A stretch of DNA of 64,000 nucleotides from Tepidisphaeraceae bacterium (GTDB taxonomy: Bacteria; Planctomycetota; Phycisphaerae; Tepidisphaerales; Tepidisphaeraceae). The stretch covers positions 61,220 to 125,219 of the forward strand of contig DASZME010000083.1 in NCBI GenBank assembly GCA_035551995.1. Direction: 5' to 3'. Position 1 is the first letter of the stretch. Each line of letters opens with the position of its first letter. Position numbers and translations under genes: made by a program. Of this stretch, positions 10,349 to 19,934 are shown piece after piece. The notes beneath the pieces were generated by a model. It saw only the letters and a program-made list of their open reading frames with translations, searched no databases and was not told where the DNA came from.

Positions 10349-10896
10349 TAGTGGTAGTTGTCGCCAATTCAATATACGAATCGTTATTGGGATCGAGCTT
10401 TGAATCAGATGTAGCATTGTCGTGCGGCCTCGTTTCCGGGCAAGTGAAAAAAACACAATTGAAGAACGGCTGTGCTACTGGTTTTTCATCGATCTTTTGG
10501 AATTGATTTGGATCTTGGGGATTCGGCTTCGCGAATTTTGACGACCCGGTTCACGGATCGAACCGGGAATTTTTCTCGATATTTTGGGGATTCGGTCACA
10601 TTGTCGCTGGCGTAGGAACGCCGCACGAGGGTTGGCTGGCCTACAATTGGCTTTGGTCGGCGTAATGCGTTAGCGCCCCCGGCGTGCTTGGCCGCCGCCG
10701 GACGGCGTTGCGAGAGCGCTCGTTGCAGGGATCGGGAATGGCCCCGAGTTCCTTGGCCCGCCTCCGCTACGCTGCCTTGGGCGGACGACAATTTCGTCCG
10801 CCGCCACCGGTTCGCTTTCATTGCGAATGCCGCTGGCAAACCCGCGGGAGTTCCGCGGTTGGCCCGCCCAGGCGCGGGAGATGGTTGCAACAGGAC

Positions 10897-12669
10897 ATGA
10901 TTAAGGAAATGACTTTGACCGCTGTTCTCGAAACGCCTCTGCTTATTGGCTCGGGGTCTCAGGAAGAAGCCGACGCCCGCGTCAAGATCCTTCTGAACCT
11001 TGGCACGTCGCGCGGCTACCTCACCTACGAAGAGCTTAACGAACGGCTTCCCGACGAAGTGGTTTCGCCCGACAAGCTCGACTCATTGCTGATGATGATC
11101 GACGAGATGGGCATCAAGCTGATCGACGAAGGGGACATTCACGAATACGTAAAAGGTCCCAAGCCCCGCCCCAAAAAAGCCCCCCCGGCCCCCGCGCCCG
11201 ACGCCGAGCCCACGATCATCACCGATGACGAAGGCGAAGTGATCGACCTGAACCTCGAAGCGGAATTGGCCGAGGCTTCGACCAAGCGCATCGACGATCC
11301 GGTGCGGATGTATCTGACGCAGATGGGCGAGATTCCCCTGCTCACCCGCGAGCAGGAGATCGCCCTGGCCAAGAAAATCGAAATCACCCGCAAGATTTTC
11401 CGATCCAAGGTTTTGGAAAGCGATTATTGCCTTCAGAGCGCCGTCGAGATTCTTCAGCAGGTGGACGACGGCGATCTACCCTTCGACCGGACGATGAAGA
11501 TCTCGACCGCCGAGGACAACCCCGACAAGAGCACGATCGGCCAGCGCATTCCGTTGAACCTTGATTCGGTGCGCAAGATGCTGGGCCGCAATCGCGACGA
11601 TTGGGACAATCTGCGCGAGGCGCGGATCAAGAAGGACCAGGAAGAAGTGCGGATGGCGATCCGCCGACGTCGGCGCCGTTGCGTAAAATTGCTGGAAGAG
11701 CTTTCGTTGCGGACCAGCAAGGTGACGCCGCTGATGAAAAAGCTGTCGAGCATCTCCTTCAAGATGGTCGAGCTGGAAAACCGCATCGTCGAGCTGAAGA
11801 AAATAAAAGAGCCCGGCGAGGATCTGGAAGTGTGCGAGGAAGAACTTCGCGGCCTGGAAGACCTGGTGCTCGAAAACGCCCAGGATCTTCACAAGCGCGT
11901 GGTACAGGTCCGCAAGATCTACAACAAGTACGAAGACGCCAAGCGAAAACTCTCCGGCGGAAATCTCCGCCTGGTCGTCTCGATCGCCAAGAAATATCGC
12001 AACCGCGGATTGAGCTTCCTGGACATCATCCAGGAAGGAAACACCGGCTTGATGCGCGCGGTGGACAAATATGAATATCGCCGCGGCTTTAAGTTCAGCA
12101 CCTACGCGACGTGGTGGATTCGCCAGGCGATTACGCGGGCGATCGCCGATCATGCCCGGACGATTCGCATTCCGGTTCACATGATCGAGACGATGAGCAA
12201 ACTGCGGAACATCAGCAAGGTGTTGATGCAGGAATGCGGGCGCGAGCCGACGATCGAAGAGATCGCCAAGCGGGCGAAGATGTCGGTCAGCGAAACCCGG
12301 CGGGTATTGAAAATCAGCCGTCATCCGATCTCGCTGGACCGTCCCGTCGGCGAAAGCGAAGACAGCTATTTCGGCGATTTCATCGAAGACGAAAAAGCCG
12401 ACAATCCCGTTGAGTCGGCGACGCAGGAAATGCTCAAGGACAAGATCGAGCAGGTCCTCAAGACGCTCACTTATCGCGAGCGCGAGATCATCAAGCTCCG
12501 CTACGGGATCGGCGACGGCTACACCTACACGTTGGAAGAAGTGGGCCGAATCTTCAAGGTGACTCGCGAGCGCGTGAGGCAGGTTGAAGCCAAGGCGATC
12601 CGCAAGCTTCAGCATCCGGTGCGGGCGAGGAAACTGGAAGGTTTTCTGCCGGGAAGCGTGGCGCGGTAA
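10897..12669 (+). CDS. rpoD: RNA polymerase primary sigma factor (sigma-70, RpoD)
   Basis: Region 1.2/2 is present ([15 protein letters not shown]). Region 2.x is present ([79 protein letters not shown]). Region 4 is present ([27 protein letters not shown]). The start is placed at the ATG at 10897 ([12 protein letters not shown]). The track ORF from 10684 begins in an Arg-rich, non-protein-like stretch. Confidence 0.9.
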   Translation: MIKEMTLTAVLETPLLIGSGSQEEADARVKILLNLGTSRGYLTYEELNERLPDEVVSPDKLDSLLMMIDEMGIKLIDEGDIHEYVKGPKPRPKKAPPAPAPDAEPTIITDDEGEVIDLNLEAELAEASTKRIDDPVRMYLTQMGEIPLLTREQEIALAKKIEITRKIFRSKVLESDYCLQSAVEILQQVDDGDLPFDRTMKISTAEDNPDKSTIGQRIPLNLDSVRKMLGRNRDDWDNLREARIKKDQEEVRMAIRRRRRRCVKLLEELSLRTSKVTPLMKKLSSISFKMVELENRIVELKKIKEPGEDLEVCEEELRGLEDLVLENAQDLHKRVVQVRKIYNKYEDAKRKLSGGNLRLVVSIAKKYRNRGLSFLDIIQEGNTGLMRAVDKYEYRRGFKFSTYATWWIRQAITRAIADHARTIRIPVHMIETMSKLRNISKVLMQECGREPTIEEIAKRAKMSVSETRRVLKISRHPISLDRPVGESEDSYFGDFIEDEKADNPVESATQEMLKDKIEQVLKTLTYREREIIKLRYGIGDGYTYTLEEVGRIFKVTRERVRQVEAKAIRKLQHPVRARKLEGFLPGSVAR

Positions 12670-12747
12670 TTTCGATTCGACGTTCCGTGTCCGCGCCGTC
12701 CGGCATCTGCGTCCTGCAGCGCGGGGCTCATCTTTTCGGCGCCGACG

Positions 12748-12786
12748 GCGATTGAAGGCCGACGCCACGATGGCCTTCAATCGCCC
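12748..12786 (+). terminator. Perfect 14-bp inverted repeat (stem-loop) about 80 nt downstream of rpoD; candidate terminator or regulatory hairpin
   Basis: ggcgattgaaggcc - gacgccacgat - ggccttcaatcgcc. No U-tract follows, so it is not a canonical intrinsic terminator. Confidence 0.35.
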
Positions 12787-12935
12787 TTTGAAGCGCCAGG
12801 GCACTCGATTGTCAAGGCGTTTGGTTCCAAGTCCGCGCCCAACGTCCGCCCAAACCGCAATTTCAAAAAATCCAATCTTGGATTTTTCAACTACAGTCGA
12901 TTAAAAGTTCGGCAAAAATGAAGACCTGGGATTAA

Positions 12936-13023
12936 CGGAGAGGGAGAGATTCGAACTCTCGAATGGGTTTAAGCCCATTACAGCATTTCCAGTGCTGCTC
13001 CTTCGGCCACTCGGACACCTCTC
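12936..13023 (-). tRNA. tRNA-Ser (anticodon GGA), class II with long variable arm
   Basis: The minus-strand read is GGAGAGG-TG-TCC-GAGTGGCCGAA-GGA-G-CAGCA-CTGGAAA-TGCTG-TAATGGGCTTAAACCCATTC-GAGAG-TTCGAAT-CTCTC-CCTCTCC-G. The acceptor stem is 7 bp. The anticodon stem is CAGCA/TGCTG with loop CTGGAAA, giving anticodon GGA. The long extra arm and the T-arm GAGAG/CTCTC with TTCGAAT loop fit a class II tRNA. No CCA is encoded. Confidence 0.85.
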
Positions 13024-13240
13024 CAGGTCTGCCTTTTGGGCAGCGCCAGCCACTTTAATCGAGGTCGAGTCCGGATTCCACCTCGCCTCGACTGGAACTT
13101 CTATCAGATTCTGTCGAGGGGCAGAACGGCGGTGGGGCGAGCTGGCATGACGATAAGTGGGCAAAAGACGCTTTGGTTTTGGCAGCCCATGGCGCCGAGA
13201 GATTTTTTCGTTCGGAGTTTTTCCACTGACGGTGGCGATT

Positions 13241-14269
13241 TTGATAAACCTGACCACCTTTTTTCGCGACATCCTTCTCAAACTCTGTCGCCGTGAAGAC
13301 CTCACGCGAGCCGAGTCTCGCGAAGCCTTCCTTCACATCATGTCGGGCGACGCTTCCGAAGCCCAGATCGGCGGACTGCTGGTCGGTCTCGCGGCCAAAG
13401 GAACGACGGTCGAGGAACTGGTCGGCGCCGCTGCGGTCATGCGCGAACAGGTGATTCCGATCGGTTGCGACGACGTCGGCGTTGTCGTCGATACCTGCGG
13501 GACCGGCGGAACCGTTCGCGGCACGTTCAATATCTCCACCGCCGCCGCGCTGATCGCCGCCGGCGCGGGGGTCAAGGTCGTCAAGCACGGCAACCGATCC
13601 GCCTCAAGCCGAACAGGCTCGGCCGACGTGCTGGAAAAACTCGGCGTGAAACTTGAGACGACTCCCGCCCAGCTCCGCCGATGCCTGGACGAAGCCAATA
13701 TCTGTTTCGCCTTTGCCCGCCTGCATCACCCCGCCATGAAGCACGTCGCATCGGCACGCACCGCGCTCGGAATTCCGACCATTTTCAACCTGCTCGGCCC
13801 ACTGACCAATCCAGGCCGGGCGCGACATCAACTGCTCGGCGTGTTCGCATCTGAATTGACCGACCGCCTGGCCAACGTTCTTCGCGAAATGGGGAGCGAG
13901 CGGGCCTGGGTCGTTCACGCCGATGACGGCCTGGACGAACTCTCCACGCTCGGCCCCACGCGCGTGAGCGAACTAAAATCCGGCGAGGTTCAGACCTGGC
14001 GCCTCGACCCACGGGAACTGGGGCTTGCATATGCGCGCCTGTCCGATCTGCAAGTCGCCGACGCCGACGAATCCGCCCAGGTGATTCGTCGCGTGCTGGC
14101 CGGTGAACGAGGTCCCGCGCGCGACATCGCGCTGCTAAACGCCGCCGGCGCGATGGTTGTGGCGGGCGTGCGTCCGGCGATTGACGCGGCCCTGGCGCTG
14201 GCGGCTCATTCCATCGACAGCGGCGCGGCCGGCAGGGCGTTGGAAGCGCTTTCGCGATGTTCGCGGTAG
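13241..14269 (+). CDS. trpD: Anthranilate phosphoribosyltransferase TrpD
   Basis: The glycosyl-transferase family 3 signature is present (GTGGTVRGTFNISTAAALIAAGAGVKVVKHGNRSASSRTGSADVLEKLGV). The N-terminal helix pattern matches TrpD (DLTRAESREAFLHIMSGDASEAQIGGLLVGLAAKG). The start is uncertain: TTG at 13241, GTG at 13232, or the track ATG at 13157. Confidence 0.85.
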   Translation: MINLTTFFRDILLKLCRREDLTRAESREAFLHIMSGDASEAQIGGLLVGLAAKGTTVEELVGAAAVMREQVIPIGCDDVGVVVDTCGTGGTVRGTFNISTAAALIAAGAGVKVVKHGNRSASSRTGSADVLEKLGVKLETTPAQLRRCLDEANICFAFARLHHPAMKHVASARTALGIPTIFNLLGPLTNPGRARHQLLGVFASELTDRLANVLREMGSERAWVVHADDGLDELSTLGPTRVSELKSGEVQTWRLDPRELGLAYARLSDLQVADADESAQVIRRVLAGERGPARDIALLNAAGAMVVAGVRPAIDAALALAAHSIDSGAAGRALEALSRCSR

Positions 14270-14437
14270 AAACAGGGCTCAACGTGGCATGATTCGGCGC
14301 CTCGTCCGGGCCATCCGCGGCCCTCCCCACCGGCTATTGCATTGGCGGCGAAGTAACGGACGCTCGCGGCCCCACACGATCGATTCCAAACTCCGCCCGG
14401 AATTATTGTCGTTTACCCGCCGCGATATGAGTATCAT

Positions 14438-15967
14438 ATGGCTATGCGTGTGACGAGCCGATTTACGTTGGCCGCTCTCTCGGCAATGTTGCTGTTGCTC
14501 GCGGCCGCATCCCCTGCCCCTTGGTCTCCGGCGGCGCCCGATAAATCGGTGGCCGTGATCCGGCTCTCCGGCGAGGTGGATGACTTCAGCCGCGATACCC
14601 TCTTTCGTCATTTCCGCGAAGCCGAGTCGGCCGGCGCCAAAACCGTCATTCTCGAAATCGACACCTACGGCGGCTTGGTCACCAGCGGGCTGGATATAAG
14701 CCGGTTCCTTCGCGGACAGAGCGAAATTCACGTCATTGCGTTTATCGACAACAAAGCCATCTCGGCCGGTGCGCTCGTCGCCCTGGCATGCGATGAAATC
14801 GTCATGGCGCCCGGGGCGGTTCTTGGCGATTGCGCGCCGATCGTGCTGGATCAGACCGGCAATCTCGCCCCGCTGCCCGCCGCCGAGCGGGCGAAGATGC
14901 AATCGCCGATCTTGCGCGATTTTGAAGATAGCGCTCGCCGCGACGGGTACAACCCGCTGCTGGTCGATGCGATGGTGAAGGTGGAGACATCGGTGTATTT
15001 GATCGCCGACGCGCAGGGGCATGAGCGAATTGTCGACGAAGCGGACTATAAAAAATTGACCGCCGCCGGCGAATGGAAAGACGCTTCGGGCGTGACCAAT
15101 CCGATCGATGGGCCGGAAACGTTGCTGACCGTCGGGCCCGACCTGGCCCATCGTCTGGGCCTTTCCAAGAGCATCGCGCGAAACGCGCAGGAATTAGCCG
15201 CCGCCCGCGGGCTGACGATCGTCGCGGACCTGCGGCCGGGTTTCGGCGATCATCTGGTCGAATCGCTCAACAGCCATGGCGGGCGTTTCCTGTTGATGGT
15301 CGTCTTCATGCTGAGTCTGTACATTTGCCTGCACGCCCCCGGCCACGGGGCGGCCGAGGCGGTGGCGGTGGTATCGCTCGGATTGTTGGCGGGGGTGCCG
15401 ATGCTGACGGGGTATGCGCAATGGTGGGAACTGGGAATCATCTTCGTCGGACTGGGATTGTGCGCCTTTGAGCTGCTGGTTTTTCCCGGTCATGGACTAT
15501 CGCTTGGCGTTGGACTGGTGATGGTGCTGTTTGGATTGCTGATGACTTTTGTCACCAAGGACGCCGGGCCGGGATGGTTCCCGACGTCTCATCAAGCGTG
15601 GCATCAGATGCGCACCGGCCTTGCGATCATGATCGGCGCGGGCGTGGTGTCGGTGGTCGGCGCGGCGATCCTTCGGCCATTTCTCCCGAAGTTGCCGTTG
15701 TTTCGCAGATTTATTTTGACTGAAACCAACGATGGCCCGGTGCGTACCGCCGGCACGCCGTTGCTGGCCGGGGAAGACGTATGGCCTTTCGTGGGTACCG
15801 TCGGCGTCGCGGTGACCGATCTTAAGCCGGGAGGAATGGTGCGATTTCCGTTCGCCGACGACACCCGAAACGCTCCGGTGGTCAGCGCCAGCGGCTTTGC
15901 CGGCGAAGGCGCGAAAGTGGTCGTGCAGGAGGCACGGGGAAATCATATTGTGGTTCGCGCGGTCTAA
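14438..15967 (+). CDS. nfeD: NfeD-family membrane-bound ClpP-class serine protease (long form). It has an N-terminal protease domain, transmembrane helices and a C-terminal OB-fold.
   Basis: A signal or anchor is present (MAMRVTSRFTLAALSAMLLLLAAA). The ClpP-like fold is present (VILEIDTYGGLVTSGLDISRFLRG...NKAISAGALVALACDEIVMAPGAVLG). Multiple transmembrane helices lie in the middle of the protein. The C-terminal beta-barrel region reads GTVGVAVTDLKPGGMVRF. The gene lies immediately upstream of floA, which is the conserved nfeD-flotillin operon arrangement. Confidence 0.8.
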   Translation: MAMRVTSRFTLAALSAMLLLLAAASPAPWSPAAPDKSVAVIRLSGEVDDFSRDTLFRHFREAESAGAKTVILEIDTYGGLVTSGLDISRFLRGQSEIHVIAFIDNKAISAGALVALACDEIVMAPGAVLGDCAPIVLDQTGNLAPLPAAERAKMQSPILRDFEDSARRDGYNPLLVDAMVKVETSVYLIADAQGHERIVDEADYKKLTAAGEWKDASGVTNPIDGPETLLTVGPDLAHRLGLSKSIARNAQELAAARGLTIVADLRPGFGDHLVESLNSHGGRFLLMVVFMLSLYICLHAPGHGAAEAVAVVSLGLLAGVPMLTGYAQWWELGIIFVGLGLCAFELLVFPGHGLSLGVGLVMVLFGLLMTFVTKDAGPGWFPTSHQAWHQMRTGLAIMIGAGVVSVVGAAILRPFLPKLPLFRRFILTETNDGPVRTAGTPLLAGEDVWPFVGTVGVAVTDLKPGGMVRFPFADDTRNAPVVSASGFAGEGAKVVVQEARGNHIVVRAV

Positions 15968-15970
15968 AGA

Positions 15971-16150
15971 ACCTTGCGCGATCATCGGCGTTTTTTTTCA
16001 TACCCTCGCCCGGTACGCCGGGAGAGGGAAGGGTGAGGGTTTCTTGGAAGGGCCGGATTTTATCGTGACTTGCATCTTTCCAAAAAACGCTCTCCGCAAC
16101 CCTCTCGCGGATTACCGGACGAGGGAGCAGAACGCGTAATCGCGCAAGGT
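15971..16150. mobile_element. Family-A MITE-like element, copy A1. It has terminal inverted repeats (ccttgcgcgatYRYcg) and two internal G/C hairpins.
   Basis: The left end is accttgcgcgatcatcggcg+T8. The first hairpin is ccctcgcccgg-tac-gccgggagaggg, followed by gtgagggtttctt. The second hairpin is ccctctcgcgg-attac-cggacgaggg. The right end is cgcgtaatcgcgcaaggt. The same architecture recurs at 51757 (inverted) and 53229. The element starts 4 nt after the nfeD stop. Confidence 0.55.
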
Positions 16151-16293
16151 TAATTGGCGCCGAAAGAGCGGTGAGCGCCCGAACGAAGACGCGCTTGTGC
16201 GCCCTCCGTCATCAACCGTGTTTCTCGACGGCCTGATAGCCGCGGGCGCAAGCCCGATCGCCCGGTATTTTTCGATACAATAAAGGAACTCAC

Positions 16294-17292
16294 ATGCCTG
16301 ATTTCAGCACGATCCTCCTTATCATCGTCGGCGTGGCGATCGTAGTGTTTCTCGCCATCACATTGCCCTTTGCGACCCTGTACGTCCGGGCGGCGGCGAG
16401 CGGGGCGGCCGTCGGACTATCCGATTTGGTGGGCATGCGCCTGCGGAAAGTGAATCCGATCGCCATCGTCACCGCTCGCATTCAGGCGATGCGAGCCGGG
16501 CTTCCGATCACCACGCAGGAGATGGAAACCCACTACCTTGCCGGCGGCAATGTCCAGCGCGTCATCAGCGCGATGATCGCGGCTCACAAGGCAGGCATCG
16601 ATCTCTCATGGCGAACCGCCACCGCGATCGATCTGGCGGGTCGCGATATTCTCGATGCGGTGCAGACGAGCGTGAACCCCAAGGTGATCGACGTCCCCAA
16701 CCCCACCTTTGGCCAGCCGACGATCGACGGCGTCGCCCAGGACGGCATTCAGCTTCGCGTCAAGGCCCGCGTAACGGTTCGCACCGCCATCGCGCGCCTG
16801 GTCGGCGGAGCGACGGAGGAAACGGTCATCGCCCGCGTCGGCGAAGGGATCGTCAACGCCATCGGATCGGCCGAGGATTACAAGCATGTGTTGAAAAATC
16901 CCGACTCGATTTCAAAAACCGTGCTGCACAAAGGTCTCGACGCCAACACGGCGTTCGAGATTCTTTCGATCGACATCGCCGAGATCACCGTCGGCGAAAA
17001 CGTCGGCGCCAAGCTCGCGGCCGATCGCGCCGAGTCGGACAAACGGCGTTTCCAGGCGGAAGCCGAGCAACGCCGCGCGATGGCGGTGGCGCAGGAGCAG
17101 GAAAACGTCGCCAAGCAGGCGGAAAACCGGGCGGCGGTCGTGCTGGCCGAGGCGGAGGTGCCGCGCGCGATCGCCGAGGCGTTTCGCAGCGGAAATCTGG
17201 GCGTGATGGATTACTACAAAATGAAAAACGTGCTGGCCGACACGCAGATGCGCGAAGCGGTCGCCGGCGGCGACGGCGGGACCAAGTCGTAA
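16294..17292 (+). CDS. floA: Flotillin-like protein FloA (YqfA/UPF0365 family, SPFH domain)
   Basis: The protein is near-colinear with the FloA family. It has an N-terminal transmembrane helix ([26 protein letters not shown]). Matching segments include [76 protein letters not shown] and [10 protein letters not shown], with a C-terminal coiled coil. Confidence 0.85.
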   Translation: MPDFSTILLIIVGVAIVVFLAITLPFATLYVRAAASGAAVGLSDLVGMRLRKVNPIAIVTARIQAMRAGLPITTQEMETHYLAGGNVQRVISAMIAAHKAGIDLSWRTATAIDLAGRDILDAVQTSVNPKVIDVPNPTFGQPTIDGVAQDGIQLRVKARVTVRTAIARLVGGATEETVIARVGEGIVNAIGSAEDYKHVLKNPDSISKTVLHKGLDANTAFEILSIDIAEITVGENVGAKLAADRAESDKRRFQAEAEQRRAMAVAQEQENVAKQAENRAAVVLAEAEVPRAIAEAFRSGNLGVMDYYKMKNVLADTQMREAVAGGDGGTKS

Positions 17293-17374
17293 CCATGGTC
17301 GATTGTCGCGTCGTTGTCCATTCGACGCGCCCGTGAATCCTTCCTGCGGGACCTGGCTCAAAGAAAGTTAGACC

Positions 17375-17917
17375 ATGCGATTTGGATCATGGACCATCCT
17401 CGCCGACGAGAGTATCGGGAAAGTGGTCATCGGCATTCTCGTCTTCGTCGTCTGGGGCATCGGCTCGCTGGCGTCGATGGTAAAAAAAGCCAACGAGCAA
17501 GCCCGGCGTCGCGCGATCGCAAAGCCGAAGGGACCGATCGCCCCGGCCGTCGCGACCGACGACCGCATGACCGTCGGCACATTCGCCGTGACCGGAGCGC
17601 GGCGTCCACCCCCCATGCGGACGTCAATGCTTCAACGATCGCCGGCGGCGGTTCAAAAAAAGCAGCCGGCGAGGCAACCCGCCAGAATCATCGCTCAACC
17701 CGTTCGCCAAGCGGCGCCGAAACCGCAAGCGGGCGCTTCGTCGCGGCCTGTGGTCGAGAAGGTTGCTTCGATCGCCCAGACAAACGCCGCGCAAACCAAT
17801 CTCGCCGGCGCGAAAGCCCCCGCGATACGCCGGTGGCTCGTGCCCGCGACATTGCGGAAACAGTTTATTCTGACGGAGCTCTTGCGTCCGCCGATGGCGC
17901 TGCGGGATGAAGGATGA
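17375..17917 (+). CDS. Hypothetical small membrane-anchored protein with a Pro/Ala/Gln-rich disordered tail, possibly the third gene of the nfeD-floA operon
   Basis: The ATG at 17375 is followed by a transmembrane helix (KVVIGILVFVVWGIGSLASMV), then a basic, low-complexity tail. Codon usage is plausible. The stop abuts the convergent galK stop. No family was recognised. Confidence 0.4.
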   Translation: MRFGSWTILADESIGKVVIGILVFVVWGIGSLASMVKKANEQARRRAIAKPKGPIAPAVATDDRMTVGTFAVTGARRPPPMRTSMLQRSPAAVQKKQPARQPARIIAQPVRQAAPKPQAGASSRPVVEKVASIAQTNAAQTNLAGAKAPAIRRWLVPATLRKQFILTELLRPPMALRDEG

Positions 17918-19102
17918 TTATTCCGAAACAACTCCTGCTCCGCCGGTTGCGGCGGTCACATAGATATCCGGATTTTTCGCGTATTTGCGGCCGAAAACCT
18001 CTTTGATGTGTTGTATCAAACCATCGACCGACCGTGGCTGAGCCAGGGCGACGATGCAGCCGCCGAACCCGCCGCCGGTCATTCGGGCGCCGTAAACGCC
18101 TTTGATTTTCGTCGCCTGCTCGGTCAGAAAATCCAATTCCGGCGTGCTGACTTCGTAATCGTCGCGCAAGGATTCATGACTCTCGACCATCAGGAGCCCG
18201 GCTTCCTCATACCGGCGTTGTTCGAGCTTTGAAGCCGCGTCGACGGTCCGCGCGTTTTCGCCGACGACGTGGCGACAGCGCCGAAAAACCTCGTCGGGAA
18301 GGACGTTTTCCGCGGCGTCGACCTGCGCCATCGTCACGTCCCGCAGCGCGCGGATCGAACGGTCCTGCGTTCGGAAAAACTCGACGCCTTCTTCGCATTG
18401 GGCTTTGCGCTGGGCATATTCGCCGCCGGTCAACTCATGCTTCGTCATGCTGTTGATGATCACCACGCGCAATTCGTTGGCGTCTATCGTGACGTATTTT
18501 TTTTCGAGCGATCGGCAGTCCAGCAGCATCGCGCTGCCGGCTTTAGCCGACGCGACTATCATCTGATCCATAATCCCCACCGGAACGCCGGCGAACGCAT
18601 GCTCGGCCCGCTGGCAGAGCAGCGCCAGACGATCGCCGTCCATCGGCCGGCTCGCCAGGGCGAGCAGCGCCCGGCCGGTGGCGACTTCAACCGCCGCGCT
18701 GCTGGACAATCCGCCGCCGACGGGGAGCGTGTTGGCCAGCAGCGCGTCCATGCCGACCAGCGGGATTCCCGCCGCCAGTAATTCCGCGGCGACGCCTCGG
18801 CTATAGTTGGCCCATTTCGGCTCGCCGCGTTCGATCTTTTTCTGAACGGAAAATTCGACGATCTGGCCGGGGAACGCCGTCGACGCCAGGCGAACCAAGC
18901 CGTCGGTTCGCGCCCGGCAGGCGAGTCGCACTTCAGGCTCGATCGCCATGGGAAAGACAAAACCATCGTTGTAATCGGTGTGTTCGCCGATCAAATTGAC
19001 CCGCCCCGGCGCCCGGATGACCTGCACGTCCGCCACCTCGGCCAGGGCGGCGCCGAACGTCTGTTGAAATTGCTCGCGAAGCTCGGCGTAGACGGTCTGC
19101 AT
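17918..19102 (-). CDS. galK: Galactokinase GalK (GHMP kinase)
   Basis: The galactokinase signature is present (PGRVNLIGEHTDYNDGFVFPMAI). The GHMP ATP-binding motif is present (PVGGGLSSSAAVEVA). The C-terminal motif is GARMTGGGFGGCIVAL. Confidence 0.9.
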   Translation of the reverse strand: MQTVYAELREQFQQTFGAALAEVADVQVIRAPGRVNLIGEHTDYNDGFVFPMAIEPEVRLACRARTDGLVRLASTAFPGQIVEFSVQKKIERGEPKWANYSRGVAAELLAAGIPLVGMDALLANTLPVGGGLSSSAAVEVATGRALLALASRPMDGDRLALLCQRAEHAFAGVPVGIMDQMIVASAKAGSAMLLDCRSLEKKYVTIDANELRVVIINSMTKHELTGGEYAQRKAQCEEGVEFFRTQDRSIRALRDVTMAQVDAAENVLPDEVFRRCRHVVGENARTVDAASKLEQRRYEEAGLLMVESHESLRDDYEVSTPELDFLTEQATKIKGVYGARMTGGGFGGCIVALAQPRSVDGLIQHIKEVFGRKYAKNPDIYVTAATGGAGVVSE

Positions 19103-19158
19103 AACCGCGACTGTAGAGGGACGAGAAGCCGGCGGTCAAGGTGAGAACAAATGGAAAT

Positions 19159-19196
19159 CAATGGATAATGGACAATTGACAATGGATAATGGACAA
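19159..19196. promoter_or_regulatory. Tandem direct repeat (2 x 17 bp, caatggataatggacaa) in the galK/tmk divergent intergenic region; candidate operator site
   Basis: caatggataatggacaa-ttga-caatggataatggacaa. It lies between the divergent starts of galK (19102, minus) and tmk (19297, plus). Confidence 0.45.
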
Positions 19197-19296
19197 CGCT
19201 GAACGAATCGTTCGCCGTTGGTAATGCCATGAGTTCTCGTCTTCGTCTTCACTCACAGCCGGCAAACGACGACTAACGACTTATTCGACGTCCACT

Positions 19297-19932
19297 ATGC
19301 ATTCCTACTTGCGCGGCAAATTCATCGTCCTCGACGGCAACGAAGGTTGCGGCAAGAGCACGCAATCGCAATTGCTCCGCGAGGTGCTGCTCGGCGCCGG
19401 GCTGGATGTCGTGGCCGTGCGCGATCCGGGCGCCACCCGGCTCGGCGAGAAAATTCGCGGCGTGCTGCTCGATCCCGATCACACCGACATGTCCATGCGC
19501 TGCGAAATGCTCCTTTACATGGCCGCCCGCGCACAGATGATGACGGAAATAATCCTGCCCGCCCTGGCGGCGAAAAAAACAGTCGTCTGCGACCGCTTTG
19601 TCTCCAGCACGCTGGCGTATCAACTTGGCGGAGAGGGATTGACCGCCGACGAAATTAGACGGGTCGCCGATGTCGCGATCCAGGGACGGTGGCCCGATCT
19701 GACGATCCTGCTGGACATGCCGCCGGACGCGGGGTTGGCGCGCGTGCGCCGGGCAAGGGACCGGATCGAACAACGGCCGATGGACTATCACGAGCAAGTG
19801 CGGAAGAATTACCTCGCTCAAGCCCAGGCCGACCCGTTGCGGTTTCGGCGTGTGCCGGCCGAACGCAGCCGCGAAGACGTCCACGCCGAGATTATGGATT
19901 GCTTGAAATCGCTCGAGGCGGTATCGGGTTAA
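19297..19932 (+). CDS. tmk: Thymidylate kinase Tmk
   Basis: The P-loop is present (FIVLDGNEGCGKSTQSQLL). The DRY-like motif is present (DRFVSSTLAYQ). A lid region is present. The length is 211 aa. Confidence 0.9.
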   Translation: MHSYLRGKFIVLDGNEGCGKSTQSQLLREVLLGAGLDVVAVRDPGATRLGEKIRGVLLDPDHTDMSMRCEMLLYMAARAQMMTEIILPALAAKKTVVCDRFVSSTLAYQLGGEGLTADEIRRVADVAIQGRWPDLTILLDMPPDAGLARVRRARDRIEQRPMDYHEQVRKNYLAQAQADPLRFRRVPAERSREDVHAEIMDCLKSLEAVSG

Positions 19933-19934
19933 AT

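Noticed and set aside
11476-12804. 442-aa minus-strand ORF antisense to rpoD
   Set aside because: It is an Arg/Ala-rich shadow frame. rpoD on the plus strand is unambiguous.
16608-17336. 242-aa Arg-rich plus-strand ORF overlapping floA in another frame, and a similar ORF at 17314..17910
   Set aside because: It is extremely Arg/Gly-rich, which is the typical frame-shifted read of GC-rich coding DNA. The FloA frame is the real one.
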